From: Octopus sinensis
Taxonomy: Eukaryota
NCBI RefSeq assembly: GCF_006345805.1
Contig: NC_042999.1
Coordinates: forward strand, 155,682,001-155,746,000
DNA length: 64,000 nucleotides
Reading direction: 5' to 3'
How positions within the stretch are numbered: position 1 is the first letter of the stretch; every line of letters starts with the position of its first letter. Position numbers and translations under genes: made by a program. Shown piece by piece: positions 1-12,323 of the stretch. A model generated the notes under the pieces. It searched no databases. It was not told the origin of the DNA and worked only from the letters and a program-made list of their open reading frames with translations.

Positions 1-1012
1 CCTTCTCTTTCAAGGCTTCCAACACAAGTTTGTCGACATTCATGCGATGGTTTTGGAGCTGGTTATTCAAATGTTGCATCATGCCTTCCAGATTTTGGTT
101 GCGATCATGCAACTGGGACTTTTGCGAACATTCTTTCTCAAGCTTGACCAATAGCATTTTGCCCTCGCGCTGTTGGTCGTCCACTTGTTTTTTAAGAACA
201 ACTTTCTCCTTCTCATCTGTGTCCATCTTCTTTTGTAAATCCATCAATGTTTTCTCGATAGATTGTAACTGCTGCTTTAAATACATGTTATCCTTAAGGG
301 CTGTATCCAAATGGGGTTTCAGAGCTGACCCTTTTGTTATTTCATTCTGCATCTCATCAGTTAGTTCTTCAATTTTATTGTGACTTTCTATTAGTTTTTC
401 TTCCAGTTGGTTGATTATATCATTTTTCTCAGTAAGTATAGCAGATATATCACTGGATAACGACTGACTCATTGACATCTCTCTCATGTCCCTCTTTTCC
501 TGTTGATATTCGTGTTTCATTTCTTTCAAATGATCTTCCAGTTTACGGCAATGAAGATCCTTCTCTTTCACAGTTTTACGCAAACACTCCAGCTCCCTGT
601 TGCTGTTGTCAAGCTTCTCCTTAGCTTGCCGATATTCATTCTCAACAGCTTTTAATTTAATCACTTCTCTTTCGCTATCTCTGAGTTTTTGCATATTCAA
701 CTTCACCTCCGTCTCCAGTCGTTTACATTCTTTCTCTTTGACTTGCAACGCTTCCCGACCCTTTTCAAGCTTCTGAGAAGTTTCTCGAAGTTGAGCCTCA
801 ACATTTTTCATTCTTTTCGTCCATTCTGAAGAAATCTTAGTGCAATGTTCTTTCTCTTGTTTTAGTTCTTTTAGAGCCTCTGACAGCGCCTTTTCTGTGC
901 CAGTAAGTTTCGATACTGACATATCTAATTTCGACTTGAGAGATTCAATTTCAGCCTTGTGCTGTTGTATGTCATCTCTTGCTTCTTTCAGTTGCCGCCT
1001 CAAGGTCTGAAC
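1..1012 (-). CDS. MPRIP: Large coiled-coil exon (at least 337 codons, runs off the window start)
   Basis: Acceptor ttttcttcag|GTT. I read no stop codon in the frame, which is E/K/Q/L-rich: VQTLRRQLKEARDDIQQHKAEIESLKSKL... It is missing from the ORF track because its stop lies outside the window. Confidence 0.9.
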
Positions 1013-1179
1013 CTGAAGAAAAGACGTTCCCTTATCAGTAAATATTAATGTCAACATTGAAATAGAGTTCTTAAAATAACATTTCAAATATTTTAATACA
1101 TAATCATGCATTTTAACAAATTTTAGCAATTTTTAACAATCTAAATATCTTGAATAATTCTAATAAACTCTAATTTTAA

Positions 1180-1378
1180 GCATTTTGTTACCATACTTTT
1201 GTTGATATATTCTTCGTTTATTTCAATTAATCTTGAAAATAAAGGATTTAGTAAAATAACTGTCATCATTAAAATGGTCTGAGAACAATTTAACACGAAA
1301 GGTTTTGAAATTACTTTAAAACAGGAAGTTTATATCATAGAACTAGGATAATCTTGGAGTAGGTTGGCATCATAAGAG
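1180..1378 (+). mobile_element. Degenerate piggyBac-like (TTAA) MITE
   Basis: TTAA on both sides (1176-1179, 1379-1382). The interior is homologous to the copies at 10047 and 19880. Confidence 0.5.
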
Positions 1379-2109
1379 TTAAGAACATTTTTAAAAAATT
1401 AATAAAACCAATCAAGATGTAATTAGTATTTAAATTAATGAAATTATTATAAATGAGATGAGACAAAACTGCGTTAGGCTGCTAAGCAGATAGTTAATGA
1501 AGTGAGTAAATATCCAAAATGTTAGAAGCAGTAAATAAGAAAGGGTAGTTGAGATTTAGGCAATGAATTTAGCAAGGTTAGTAAAGTTTTAGACAAAATT
1601 ACTTCAAAGAATCCTGAAGCAAACAGCTAAACATTTGAAAATGATCTATCAGTTAGGCTATATGTTGAAAGACTATACGGTTGAAAGACCTGATGCTGTA
1701 GTTTTTGATTGTGAGAAAAACACTTCATACACATGTAAAAATCTCATAACTTTCAAATGGTTCCTGGATGAATATCTCCGAATTCCAAATGAACTACCTA
1801 TATCTGGATATATTTCTGCAAAAAATAACCCTTTAATTGAATGAATTATGGTGCCCAAAAAACGACTGAAATATGAAAGATCATTAAATGTCTTTTCCAG
1901 GTGGGGTTATTGAGTACTAACAGCACTACCTGGGCCAATTCCAGGTAAAACTTATCTAAGTATATCAAAGTGAAAGAAATATTGTCACAACAGTGACTCA
2001 TGGGAATGTTAAATACATTTTGTCTTTCTTGAGGCTTATCAACAACATGTGACTGTTTTTATAGCCTGGCAAACATTCAGCAATACCAGCGGAGGTGTTT
2101 CCTATATGC

Positions 2110-2530
2110 TGGTTTCAAATTTTGGCACAAGGCCAGCAATTTCGAGGAAAAGTTGATTACAGTGACTCCAGTACTCAACTGGTACTTATTTTATCGACCC
2201 TGGAAAATTGAAAAGTAAAGTTAACCACGGTGAAATTTGAACGTGAATGAATGAAATGCTACTAAGCATTTTTCCAGGCCTGCTAACAATTCTGCCAGCT
2301 CACCATGCCTCAAAATATTCATTCCAAACTTTGTTACTAACGAATTCAAGGGAGGAGATGAGTTGATTACATTGACCCTGGAGCTCAAGTGGTACTGACT
2401 TTATCAACCCTGAGTGGATGAAAGGCCAAGTTGACCATGGCAGAATTTGAACTCAGAATGTAAAGACAGACGAATTGCTGCAAAACATTTTTCCTGGGGT
2501 ACTAACAATTCTGCCAGCTTGCTGCTTACT
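2110..2530 (-). mobile_element. Two tandem copies of tRNA-headed SINE family A
   Basis: Reverse complement of GAGCTGGCAGAATTGTTAG...GAGTTCAAATT...CTTTCATCC...GATAAAATAAGTACCAG, seen twice. Confidence 0.75.
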
Positions 2531-2990
2531 GGATGTGCTTCCTATATATTGAGGCATGGATTTTGCTCAAGCATGAAATCTCCAAAGAAAACTGAAATAC
2601 ATCTTACATTTCCACAAGTTGCAACAATGTTCACCTCATTCTGATATAAGGTAGGTTTTTTATCTAACAACGTCTATGAAGAGATTTCCTCTCAGATAAT
2701 AACCATAGCATCATACCTTTTAACAGTGAACATACATTTAGCATGATATGCAGATGCCTATTTTAATTTAATGCAGTTTTGTACACCTTTCATGTTTTGA
2801 ATTGCATTAGGAAACAAAATATACAATCATTTAACTATGTGACATTTTAGAAAATGATCATAATTAGTAAAAATTGTTTTGTTTTTTTTCTATAACCACT
2901 GTTACATCAAAATAGTGTATGAGCTTGTGAAAATGTGTGAGCATGCAGAGTGTATACATAGATGAAAAAGGCAAATGTGATTTTGAGTGA

Positions 2991-3100
2991 AATAATAATA
3001 ATAATAATAATGATAATAATAATGATAATAATGATAATAATAATAATAATAATGATAATAATAATAATAATGATAATAATAATAATGATAATAATAAAAT
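2991..3100. repeat. (AAT/GAT)n microsatellite
   Basis: Direct inspection. Confidence 0.95.
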
Positions 3101-3644
3101 AATATCGATGTGGATATTACCTCGGAAAGCATGATGAAGGTTTCAGAGGAAGGTTCCAAGAGCTGAATGTTATAAACCCAGAAAAAATGTCAAGTGTTGT
3201 GCAATATATGAGGTGACAACATCAGTGATAGGCAACAGAATAAGTCAGTCTTGTGCCAGTCTGTGTGTGTGCATATGTGTATATATGTGTGTGTGTGTGC
3301 ATCACTTGTAAGCACAACCTTACACAAATAACACGTAGGGTACCTACTGTCACTTGTCACCTTTTGGTGGGTACCCCATTACTTCCTGCACCCACCTGCT
3401 TTGCTTAAGTGTCTTCACCTGGGAATCAGGGACACAGCAGGTAGGGAGGAAATGAGAAGACTACTACTGCAGTCACAGTGTGTGTGGGTGGGGTAATAAA
3501 TAGTTAGAGGGGAGGGGAGGAGAATGTTGTTGTTCAGCTACAGAAGGCCAACTCCACACTTGGTTGCTGGTTATTTTTTTTCATTGATAAAATAAATTCA
3601 CCACTACCACCAGCAGCCAGCTTGTTGGTGGTGATGGTGGTGGT

Positions 3645-3649
<5 letters not shown>

Positions 3650-3686
<37 letters not shown>

Positions 3687-3869
3687 GGTGGGTGGACAAG
3701 GAGAAAGCAGGAAGGAAAACAACCCTCAACCTGTTATTAATAAGACAAGCGAATGTCACCAACTGACCAATCAACTCTCCCCTAAGCCCTAACCCACCTC
3801 TTGATGTTCATAAAACAGACAGTCTGGCAGCAGGTAATGGATGTGGACCAACAAAACTAGTCCATCCAC

Positions 3870-3925
<56 letters not shown>
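3650..3925. repeat. Two (GA)n microsatellites (about 3650-3682 and 3872-3925)
   Basis: Direct inspection. Confidence 0.95.
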
Positions 3926-3928
<3 letters not shown>

Positions 3929-4293
3929 GGTTGAAAGAGCAAGGGGATGAAATGCTGGTGGTGACAGTGGTGGTGGTGAAAAATTGTAAAGAAGTATAAT
4001 GTAGATCAGAAGTCAGTGTGGGAAAAGACAAAGTTGACAGTAGTGGTAGAGGTAAGAGGGAGAGAATTGACACTTGAGATAAGTGGGAGTCAGAAGTGCC
4101 CTGGTGGGGGTTTGTGGACGGGGAGAAGGTAGAGCAGGATGAAGTGCCTGTGTGCAGGTGAGTGTGTGTGTGTGTCATTCTGTGTACATCACAGTTTGTG
4201 TGTGATGGAGAATGTGTGTGTGTACATCTTTGTTATAAGACCAGCATTAAGTGTATGTATGTGTAATTAATTTAACACCCCTATTCCATTCTG

Positions 4294-4298
4294 ATATA

Positions 4299-4347
<49 letters not shown>

Positions 4348-4364
4348 ATATGTATGTATGTATA

Positions 4365-4450
<86 letters not shown>

Positions 4451-4470
4451 TGTGTGTATGTGTGTGTGTT
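4294..4470. repeat. Compound (TA)n/(TG)n microsatellite
   Basis: Direct inspection. Confidence 0.95.
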
Positions 4471-4609
4471 TTCTGATTTATATATTATAGTGAGAAGTGG
4501 TGTAAGAGGTGAGAAGTGGGTGTAGGAAGTATTATGACAGTTGGTCAGATACACGGAAGACAATCTGTTTATAACCAACAGAAGCAACAAATAAACTGTA
4601 ATTAGTGGT

Positions 4610-4875
4610 GATAATAATAATAATAAATAATAATTTCTTTTATTAGCCCACAGAGACATAAATGAAGGGAATATCACAAGGACAGGCAACAATTTGTGTA
4701 GGGATTCACATAAATGATGGGGAGAGAGAGATTGAAAAACCAGTGAAATGCTATAAAAGTATGCAGAGTATGAATGATGCAGCCCTCGAGATTAAAGGAG
4801 AAACTCCAACTAGGGCCAATCAAGGAACCCCACAGATCCAAGATTACCCTGGTCATCAAAGATACGAGCCCTCTT
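4610..4875 (-). mobile_element. 3' end of an unclassified retroposon with AATAAA and (TTA)n tail; second copy at about 33118-33360 (+)
   Basis: CCAACTAGGGCCAATCAAGGAACCC...ACCCTG is shared between the two loci in opposite orientation. Both end in a TTA-repeat tail. Confidence 0.55.
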
Positions 4876-5029
4876 TCCTGTTCGCCAATCTACAGGTGCA
4901 TACTTGGAGTCGGGACATTAACTCTAACCCTTTTTGCTACTAGGCACAAAATCAGTGATTTTGAGGGAAGGGGTTGGTTGATTATACAGACCTTGATATA
5001 AGACTGGGCCTTTAACTTGTGGATCCAGA

Positions 5030-5330
5030 AAGGATGAAAGGCAAAGCTGACCATGAGAAGATTTGAACTCGGAACATGAGAATTTGAAAGAAATGCCACG
5101 AAGCATGTGATTTGGTACCTGAATGATTCTGAAAACTCACAAGAATAAGGATTTCAAATTTTGGCACAAAGCCAGCAATTTCTGGGGGAGAGGGTAAGTC
5201 AATTACATCGACCCTGGAAGAACGAAAGGCCAAGTCGACCTTAGCGGAAATTGAACTCAGAACTTAAAGACAGACAAAACGTTGCTAAGCATTTTGTTGC
5301 GTGGGCTAACGATTCGGCCAGACCGGCAAT
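5030..5330 (-). mobile_element. SINE family A fragments
   Basis: Contains GAAAGGCAAAG..GACC...GAATTTGAACTC and GGCACAAAGCCAGCAATTT motifs. Confidence 0.65.
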
Positions 5331-7689
5331 TGTGGGGGAGGGTGCAAGTTGTTTATATTGACCCCCCAATGCTTAACTGGGACCAATGTAATCATCTAGC
5401 CCTTCCCCACAAACTTTCAGGTCCCCTGCCTATAATAATTACTTTTACCCCCATCCTCACATCCTCCTAAATATCAGTCTTTTTATTTTTTCACTAACAA
5501 ACAAATAAAAAAAACTAACATTTTTTTTAAAGCCACCTCCTCCAATACTAACCCCACTTCAGTTGAAGGGTCAGGTCCCGCAAGTAATCTGGTGACCTCA
5601 CAGGTGTTGGTGCTACATAAAAAGCATCCAGTACGCTCTGTAGTATTTGGGGGTTATGAAGGGCATCCAACTATTGAAACCATACTGGAGAAGACATTGG
5701 AGGTGAAAGCAGTTCACTGACTCATCAAATCTTGTCAAACTATCCAACCCATGCCAGCATGGAAAAAGGGATGTTAAATGAGGATATTTTCTTAAACCAG
5801 CTGGATGCCCTCACCTGTTTTCAAGCAAGACCTGATGGCCAGATGTGTTTTCACACAATACTAGAAATGAGTGACACTGCTTGTTTGCCAGTAGATTTCA
5901 TTTGCAGCTATTATGTGATGCCATAAGAAGACACAAGCATGCTCAGATACACATACAATAGGCTTTCTTCTGTTTCCATCTACCAAATTCATTCACAGGG
6001 GATTTGTGAGCCTGGGGCTATAGTAGAAGATATTTGCCCAAGGTACTTACTATTCAGTGGGACTGAACCTGAAACCATGTGGTTAGGAAGCAATCTTCTT
6101 AACTACACAACCGCGTCTACACATTGTGGATTTGAGTAAACCAAGCAAAATGTTAAATCAAATGCTGTTGGCAAAGCAGCTGCAATTAAATGCATCACTG
6201 AAAAGCTCAAAGCAATGCTTTCAAGAAGGACAAAATGCAACAAAGATGCCATGTTAGGTTGTTGTAAAAAAAAAAAGCTTGCAATAAGCACCAAAACATT
6301 TTATAAATTAGGCAGAAAAAAAAAAGGCAAAGCTTAAAATTGGAGAAAAGAAAGGCAAAAAGATGGTAATGGAATTCATTACCTCCGCAATGGAATGAGA
6401 TGTAGGGGATAAAAAAGAGAAGTGGTTCTCAGCAGGAATTGAATTCTGAGACTAGGTGAACCCTTTTACAATCAAATTGACAGAGAGTTCCCCTGGTTTA
6501 TGATGCAAACTTCTCCCACTCTTTGATGGCATTGTATTTTATCAGAAATTATAAGAGACTAGAAAAACTGCCCAATATTATTTAGTTCTTTATACTCTGT
6601 AAATTTTCTTTTCCAGCCCTTAAAGACCAACTGCATAAGTACCAGTAATACACGGTGGTTTATCCAAATGACCATACCCTTTCCTCCCCATTCGTATACG
6701 TAGCCTAAATTTTTCTAGAGCAGCCATTGTAGTAATCAGTTATGTCCCTTTACCGAGGAGATGGCAATGTTTAGTTATGTCCCTTTATAGTGTTTAAAAA
6801 TTCTGCCAGGGTCGGTTATTTTTACCTTCCGTTGTACAGGAGTTAATAAGTAAGTACCAGCAAAATATGAGGAATCGATGTAATCATATCCTCCTACTAA
6901 ATCTGTGGCCTTGTGCCTACGTCAGAAACAATCATTACAAGTTCATAGTACCAGCACCAGCTTATGAAAGCAGTGTTTCTTGATGATGAAATAACTGTGG
7001 GTGTGATGATGCACCGACCCATGCTGACACGGAAAACAGAAGTAAAATGATGATTATAATTAGTAGGGAGGTAGACTAGCAGAATTGTGTTAGCATGGCC
7101 TATTTCTTCCAGCTCTTTATGTTCTGAGTTCAAAACCCACTGAGGCTGACTTAGTCTTTCACCCTTTTTGGGGGTTGATGCAATAAATACCAGCTGATGT
7201 AGTCAACTATCTCCCACCCCCAAAATTACAGACCTTGCGCTTATAATAGAAAGGATTATCATTATCAGTAATTAATTGATATTACAACAACCAATATAAA
7301 TTTCGTTTGTTTTCTCCAGCTACTCTTGACATCATATAAAGGGAGAGAGAGTAAAAGAGAGATGCAGAAATTTAACATAAGAGGGGCAGGATGAGTGGGG
7401 ATAGAAGATAGAACCATAGAGACAGAAAAGGAGGAGGAGAGAGAGAGTGATATTAGTTATGGGAAGAAGAATTATTTTAGGGTAATATTTGTGTTTTCCA
7501 AAAATTAGTTTTCATTTCATTTCATTTTGTATAATAAACACCAAAAAATTTTGGCTAAAATTTAATTATAATTATTGTACATATGCCACATTTCCTGATA
7601 TTACCCCATGGTGGTAAAAGCTTACTCCTCAAGTTGCCCAACATAAGATGCATAAGCTCTAATTATTTAATAATAATAATATTGGCTTC

Positions 7690-8250
7690 AATCTTGGAAC
7701 AAGGCCAGCAATTGCAGGGGAGGGGATATGTTGATTACATCGAACCTAGGGCTCACATTATCATCGTTTAATGTCCGCTTTCCATGCTGGCATGGGTTGG
7801 ACGGTTTGGCTGAGGACTGGCAAAGTTTCTACAGCTGGATGCCCTTCCTAATGCCAACCACCCAGAGTGTAGTGGGTGCTTTTTATGTGCCACCAGCACG
7901 AGGGGCCAGTCAGGCGGCACTCTCAATTCGAACTTATTTTAGTGACCTTGAAAAGATGAAAGGCAAAGTCAACCATGGTGGAATTTGAACTCAGACCGTA
8001 AAGACATGAAATGCTTCTAAGCATTTAGCCTGACAGGCTAACACTTTGGCCAGCTCAAGACTTAATAATAATAATGATATGGATTTCAAATTTTGGCACA
8101 AGGCCAGCAAGTTTGAGGAAGGGAATGAGTTGATTACATCAACCCCAGTACTTATTTTTTCAACCCCGAAAGGGATGAAAGGCAACGTCAACCGTGGTGG
8201 AATTTGAACTCACAATGTAAAGACAGATGAAATGCTGCTAAGTATTTTAC
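7690..8250 (-). mobile_element. Cluster of SINE A copies with an inserted RTE-tail (family C) fragment at about 7760-7900
   Basis: Family A motifs are interrupted by CATCGTTTAATGTCCGCTTTCCATGCTGGCATGGGTTGGAC...GGATGCCCTTCC. Confidence 0.7.
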
Positions 8251-8270
8251 ACACACACATATATATATAT

Positions 8271-8394
8271 ATTAAGTGTATATGTGTGTGTAATTAATTT
8301 AACATCCCTATTCAATTCTGATATATATATATATATATATATATCAGAATGGAATAGGGATGTTAAATTAATTACACACGCACATACACTTAAT
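8271..8394. repeat. Palindrome with 50-bp arms around a (TA)n centre
   Basis: The arm ATTAAGTG...CATCCCTATTCAATTCTG and its reverse complement flank (AT)12. Confidence 0.9.
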
Positions 8395-8895
8395 GCTGGT
8401 TTTATAACAAAGATGTACACACACATGCTAAGGATTCTGCCAGCTTGCTGCCTTAACAACAACAACAACAATAATAATAATAAAGACTTATTTTCTAAAA
8501 TTGTAGGGAGAGTTGGAGAAAGAATGACAAAAATTCAAAAAAACTAGGACTGAAAAGATACAATAACATAGGACAAAACGATTGAGTGACTGTGATTTAT
8601 CAAGATTGATGAAGTGTTGGATGTGTTTAGGGGTAGGGGGAGGTTAGGGATAAACTAAACTACAGATCAATATTGAAGAAATCAATCACAAATATCACTG
8701 TTTATCCAGGTATCACATGGCGGTGTGAGTGTGTCTGTTCTATAAAAGCTGTATATGCAGGTATGCACAGGTGTGCATACACGATGATGGTGATTGATGT
8801 ATTGCAATCATGTGACTTATGTGCAGATTCCATTGCATTGTGCATGATTAAGTCAACAATTTATACGTGTGTGTGTGTGAACATACATATCTGTA

Positions 8896-8960
8896 TGTAT
8901 GGATGTGTATAGATGTGTATGGATGTGTATGGATGTGTATGGATGTGTATGGATGTGTAT
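8896..8960. repeat. 10-bp tandem repeat (GGATGTGTAT) x about 6
   Basis: Direct inspection. Confidence 0.9.
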
Positions 8961-9070
8961 GTGCATGCATCTGTATGCATTTACATGTGCTCTCATATGA
9001 ATTATGCATGTGTGTATATATATATATATATCTACATGCATGCATTGATGCGTGAACTGACACGTCGTAC

Positions 9071-9223
9071 CTGTGGAGCTGAAAGGTTAGTGTCAGGGGT
9101 GGTGTTGCTGATGTCCTTCTCGCTGTACACCGTCCGTAGTTGACTCATTAAATCAATGTTGTTCTGGTGCATTTGGACCAGTTCCTCAGCAGTGTGTTCA
9201 AGTCTCTTCTGTAAAGTCTCCAC
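9071..9223 (-). CDS. MPRIP: Coding exon, 153 nt, start of coiled coil (VETLQKRLEHTAEELVQMHQNNIDLMSQL...SAPQ)
   Basis: Acceptor ttgtacttcag|GTG and donor CAG|GTACGA. Phase 0-0, with a heptad pattern. Confidence 0.85.
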
Positions 9224-10046
9224 CTGAAGTACAAGCAGCACACCAACTATCACAACCCAATCCAACACAATCCGACCCAGCCAAGCCCAGGGCCACCCCT
9301 AGTCACAGACACTAATCAACAGTCTCGTTTAATAATTTCCAAAGTTTTTATGATAAACTTAGCAAGAACTCAATTTTCTGGTTTTCCTTCATTTTATGAA
9401 ATAGTTATACAATGTTTAAATACTTTACACTGTTCAGTTCAGTGTTGACACAAGTTTAATCGACATTTACAAACACAGAGCAGTGTGAGTGTGTGTGTGT
9501 GTGAGACAGAGAGAGAGAGAGAGGGAGAAAGAAAGAAAATGAAAGAGTATGTGTGTGTGTTTTGATTAAAGTGTTTCCATATTGAGAAGTTTTCTTATTT
9601 TGACAACTAATCAAAAGAGAAAAAAATTTAACCAAATAAAATGCAAGGGTCCTGTATCTCCTATGCACCAAGAAACCTTTTCTAGCCACTTTTTTCATAC
9701 TTTAGCCTGGTATAAAATTATTGTAGTCTGTGAAAAAAATGTCTGGCAAAAGGGTTAAACTGGAAAGGTCACAGTATTCAAGACCCCCCAAATATACATA
9801 CCCTCTCTATTACAGTCCCTCAATCAAAAAGATTTTCGTCTTGTGAGCTATATGGTGACTTCCTACTGTTGGCATCACAAACAAAAGCAGACAGTCCACT
9901 CTGTAAAGTGGTTGGCATTAGGAAAGGGATCCTTACCAAATCTAATCAAGCCAGAATTGAGTCGTCGGAGCACCACACAGACACTGGACAAATCAAATCC
10001 TGTCAAACTTATTCCATTCCAAGGCAGAACAGTATATAGACATTAA

Positions 10047-10230
10047 CCCTTTTGTTACCATATTTGTGGAAATTCACTGCCTTTGTTTCAAATAATTTTG
10101 AAAATGAAGAATTTAGTAAAATAACTGTCATTATCAAGCTGATGTTTGGAATATAAATTAACATGGAATTTTGATGGAAGATTTCCATTTAGATAATTTT
10201 AAAACCAGAATCTTGTATCATTGAATAAAG
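10047..10230 (+). mobile_element. piggyBac-like MITE, 5' part
   Basis: Starts TTAA|CCCTTTTGTTACCATATT; homologous to 19880-20150. Confidence 0.6.
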
Positions 10231-10324
10231 AAATAAATCTGCTATATTTGTAAAATTAGGGAGAAAAAAACAATTTTTTAAAAATTTGAAGGGGAAACAA
10301 TTTCATAATAAAACTACTACTGTA

Positions 10325-10515
10325 CAGTAATTCCTCGACTATCATGGGTGTTATATTCCAAAATCCCTCCACAATAGGTGAAAATCCATGAAGTACAAAC
10401 GGTATTGTACTGTATATTTTTTTTTATTATAAATGCAAAACAACACCATGGAGAATTGACATAAGCTTAAATAATAAACTGTGATAGGTGAACGCGATAT
10501 GGCGAGGGATTACTG
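10325..10515. mobile_element. pogo/Tigger-type MITE
   Basis: TA|CAGTAATTCCTCG ... CGAGGGATTACTG|TA, i.e. TIRs with a TA target duplication. A second copy lies at 36332-36548. Confidence 0.85.
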
Positions 10516-10689
10516 TATGTACAAGCATGGCCGTGTGGTTTAGAAGCTTTGCAATCCCATGGTTTTGGGTTCAGTCCAACTGCACAGCAACTTGGGCAAG
10601 TGTCTACTACAGCTGTGGACTGCCTGAAGCCTTGTGAGTGAATTTTGTTAGAGAGAAACAGTGTGGAAGCCAATCGTGTGTGTGTAAAA

Positions 10690-11010
10690 CTGGCACTTCT
10701 TTACTTACAATGAGTGTTACAGTTGATCCAATCAACATAACCTGCTGGTGAAATTAACATGAAAGTGGCTGAGTACTCCACAGACACGTGTACCTTTAAC
10801 GTAGTTCTCAAGGAGGTTCAAGCAATGACATAGAATGTGACAAGACTGGCCCTTTTGAATTACAGATACAACTCTTATTCGCCAGCTGAGTGGAGCAACG
10901 TGAAATAAAAAAATCTTGCTCAAGGTCACAACACGTCATCAGGTATTGAACTCACAACCATATGATCTTCAGCTGAATACCCTAACCACATAACCATGCA
11001 CCTTCACTGT
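10690..11010 (-). mobile_element. tRNA-headed SINE family D (CORE-like TCCTTGAGCAAGA motif)
   Basis: Reverse strand reads GTGAAGGTGCATGGTTATGTGGTTAGGG...GAGTTCAAT...TGTGACCTTGAGCAAGA. Homologous to 37165-37490 and 43245-43510. Confidence 0.75.
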
Positions 11011-11636
11011 GTGTGTGCGCGCGATTGTGTTTCCCACCACTGCCAGACGACTGGTGTTGGTTTATTTATGTTCCTGTAACTTAGCATACCAGCATGGGTT
11101 GGATGACAACGATGACAATGTATGTGTGTGTTCATGCATTTTCCACCACTGCCAGACAACTGGTGTTGGTTTATTTGTGTTCCTGTAACTTAGTAGTTCA
11201 GCTCCCATAAAAAAATAAGGACTAGGAGCAATTAAACCCTTTAAGGCAGTGTCCCAAACATGGCTGCAGTCCAATGATTGAAACAAGTTAAAAGATAGTG
11301 CAAAGAAAGAAAAAAAAGAAAATAGTGAAATAAAACCGAATTAATGAGACTAATAAACATCTCCAAATGGAAGTCTTTGAGTTTGCAGCAGCATGATTGG
11401 CTGGTTTCAGGGAGATCTGAATAGAAGTGGTTGTAGTGAGAGAAATAACATATAAGATGTCACAGGACACTTGAATGGAGACAGCAATTTCATTGCGTCA
11501 ATAAGAAAAAAAAAGAATATATAAGAGACCTATTTAGAAATACAATGGAGGTGAATGGAAATTAAAATTTTAAAAAATCAATGACTCATGAGTAAAGACA
11601 TGGATGATTTTTACTGAGTAACACATACAGGATATG

Positions 11637-11671
<35 letters not shown>

Positions 11672-11673
<2 letters not shown>

Positions 11674-11935
11674 TCATCATCATCGTTTAACGTCCGCTTT
11701 CCATGCTAGCATGGGTTGGACGGTTCAACTGGGGTCTGGCGAGCCCGAAGGCTGCACCAGGCCAGTCAGATCTGGCAGTGTTTCTACAGCTGGATGCCCT
11801 TCCTAACGCCAACCACTCCGAGAGTGTAGTGGGTGATTTTATGTGCCACCGACACAGGTGCCAGACGGGGCTGGCAGACGGCCACGCTCGGATGGTGTTT
11901 TTTATGTGCCACCGACACAGGTGGCAGACGATATA
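11672..11935 (-). mobile_element. Family C element (RTE LINE 3'-UTR remnant), young copy
   Basis: (CAT)n CGTTTAACGTCCGCTTTCCATGCTAGCATGGGTTGGACGG...GGATGCCCTTCCTAACGCCAACC, with CpGs retained. Confidence 0.85.
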
Positions 11936-11947
11936 TATATATATATA

Positions 11948-12323
11948 CGACTGCAGCCATGCTGGAGCACTGCCTTTAGTCGAGCAAATCAACCTCAGGA
12001 GTTATTCTTTGTAAACCCAGTACTTATTCTATTGGTCTCTTTTACCGAACCGCCAGGTTACGGAGATGTAAAAACACCACTATTGGTTGTCAAGTGATGT
12101 GGGGACAAACAGACACAAATACATGTATCTATCTATCCATCCATATATATATATATATATATATACGATGGCTTCTTTCAGTTTCTGTCTACCAAATCCA
12201 CTCACAAGGCTTTGGTCGGCCCGAGGCTTATAGCAGACACCTGGCCAAGGTGCCACACAGTGAGACTGAACCCAGAACCATGTGATTGGTAAGCAAGCTA
12301 CTAACCACACATCCACTCCTGCA

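Noticed and set aside
30-383. 117-aa + strand ORF
   Set aside because: It is the antisense shadow of the coiled-coil exon.
1635-1844. ORF containing ERPDAVVFD, reminiscent of a restriction-like endonuclease of non-LTR elements
   Set aside because: The downstream catalytic motifs are not recognisable, so the match is too short to support.
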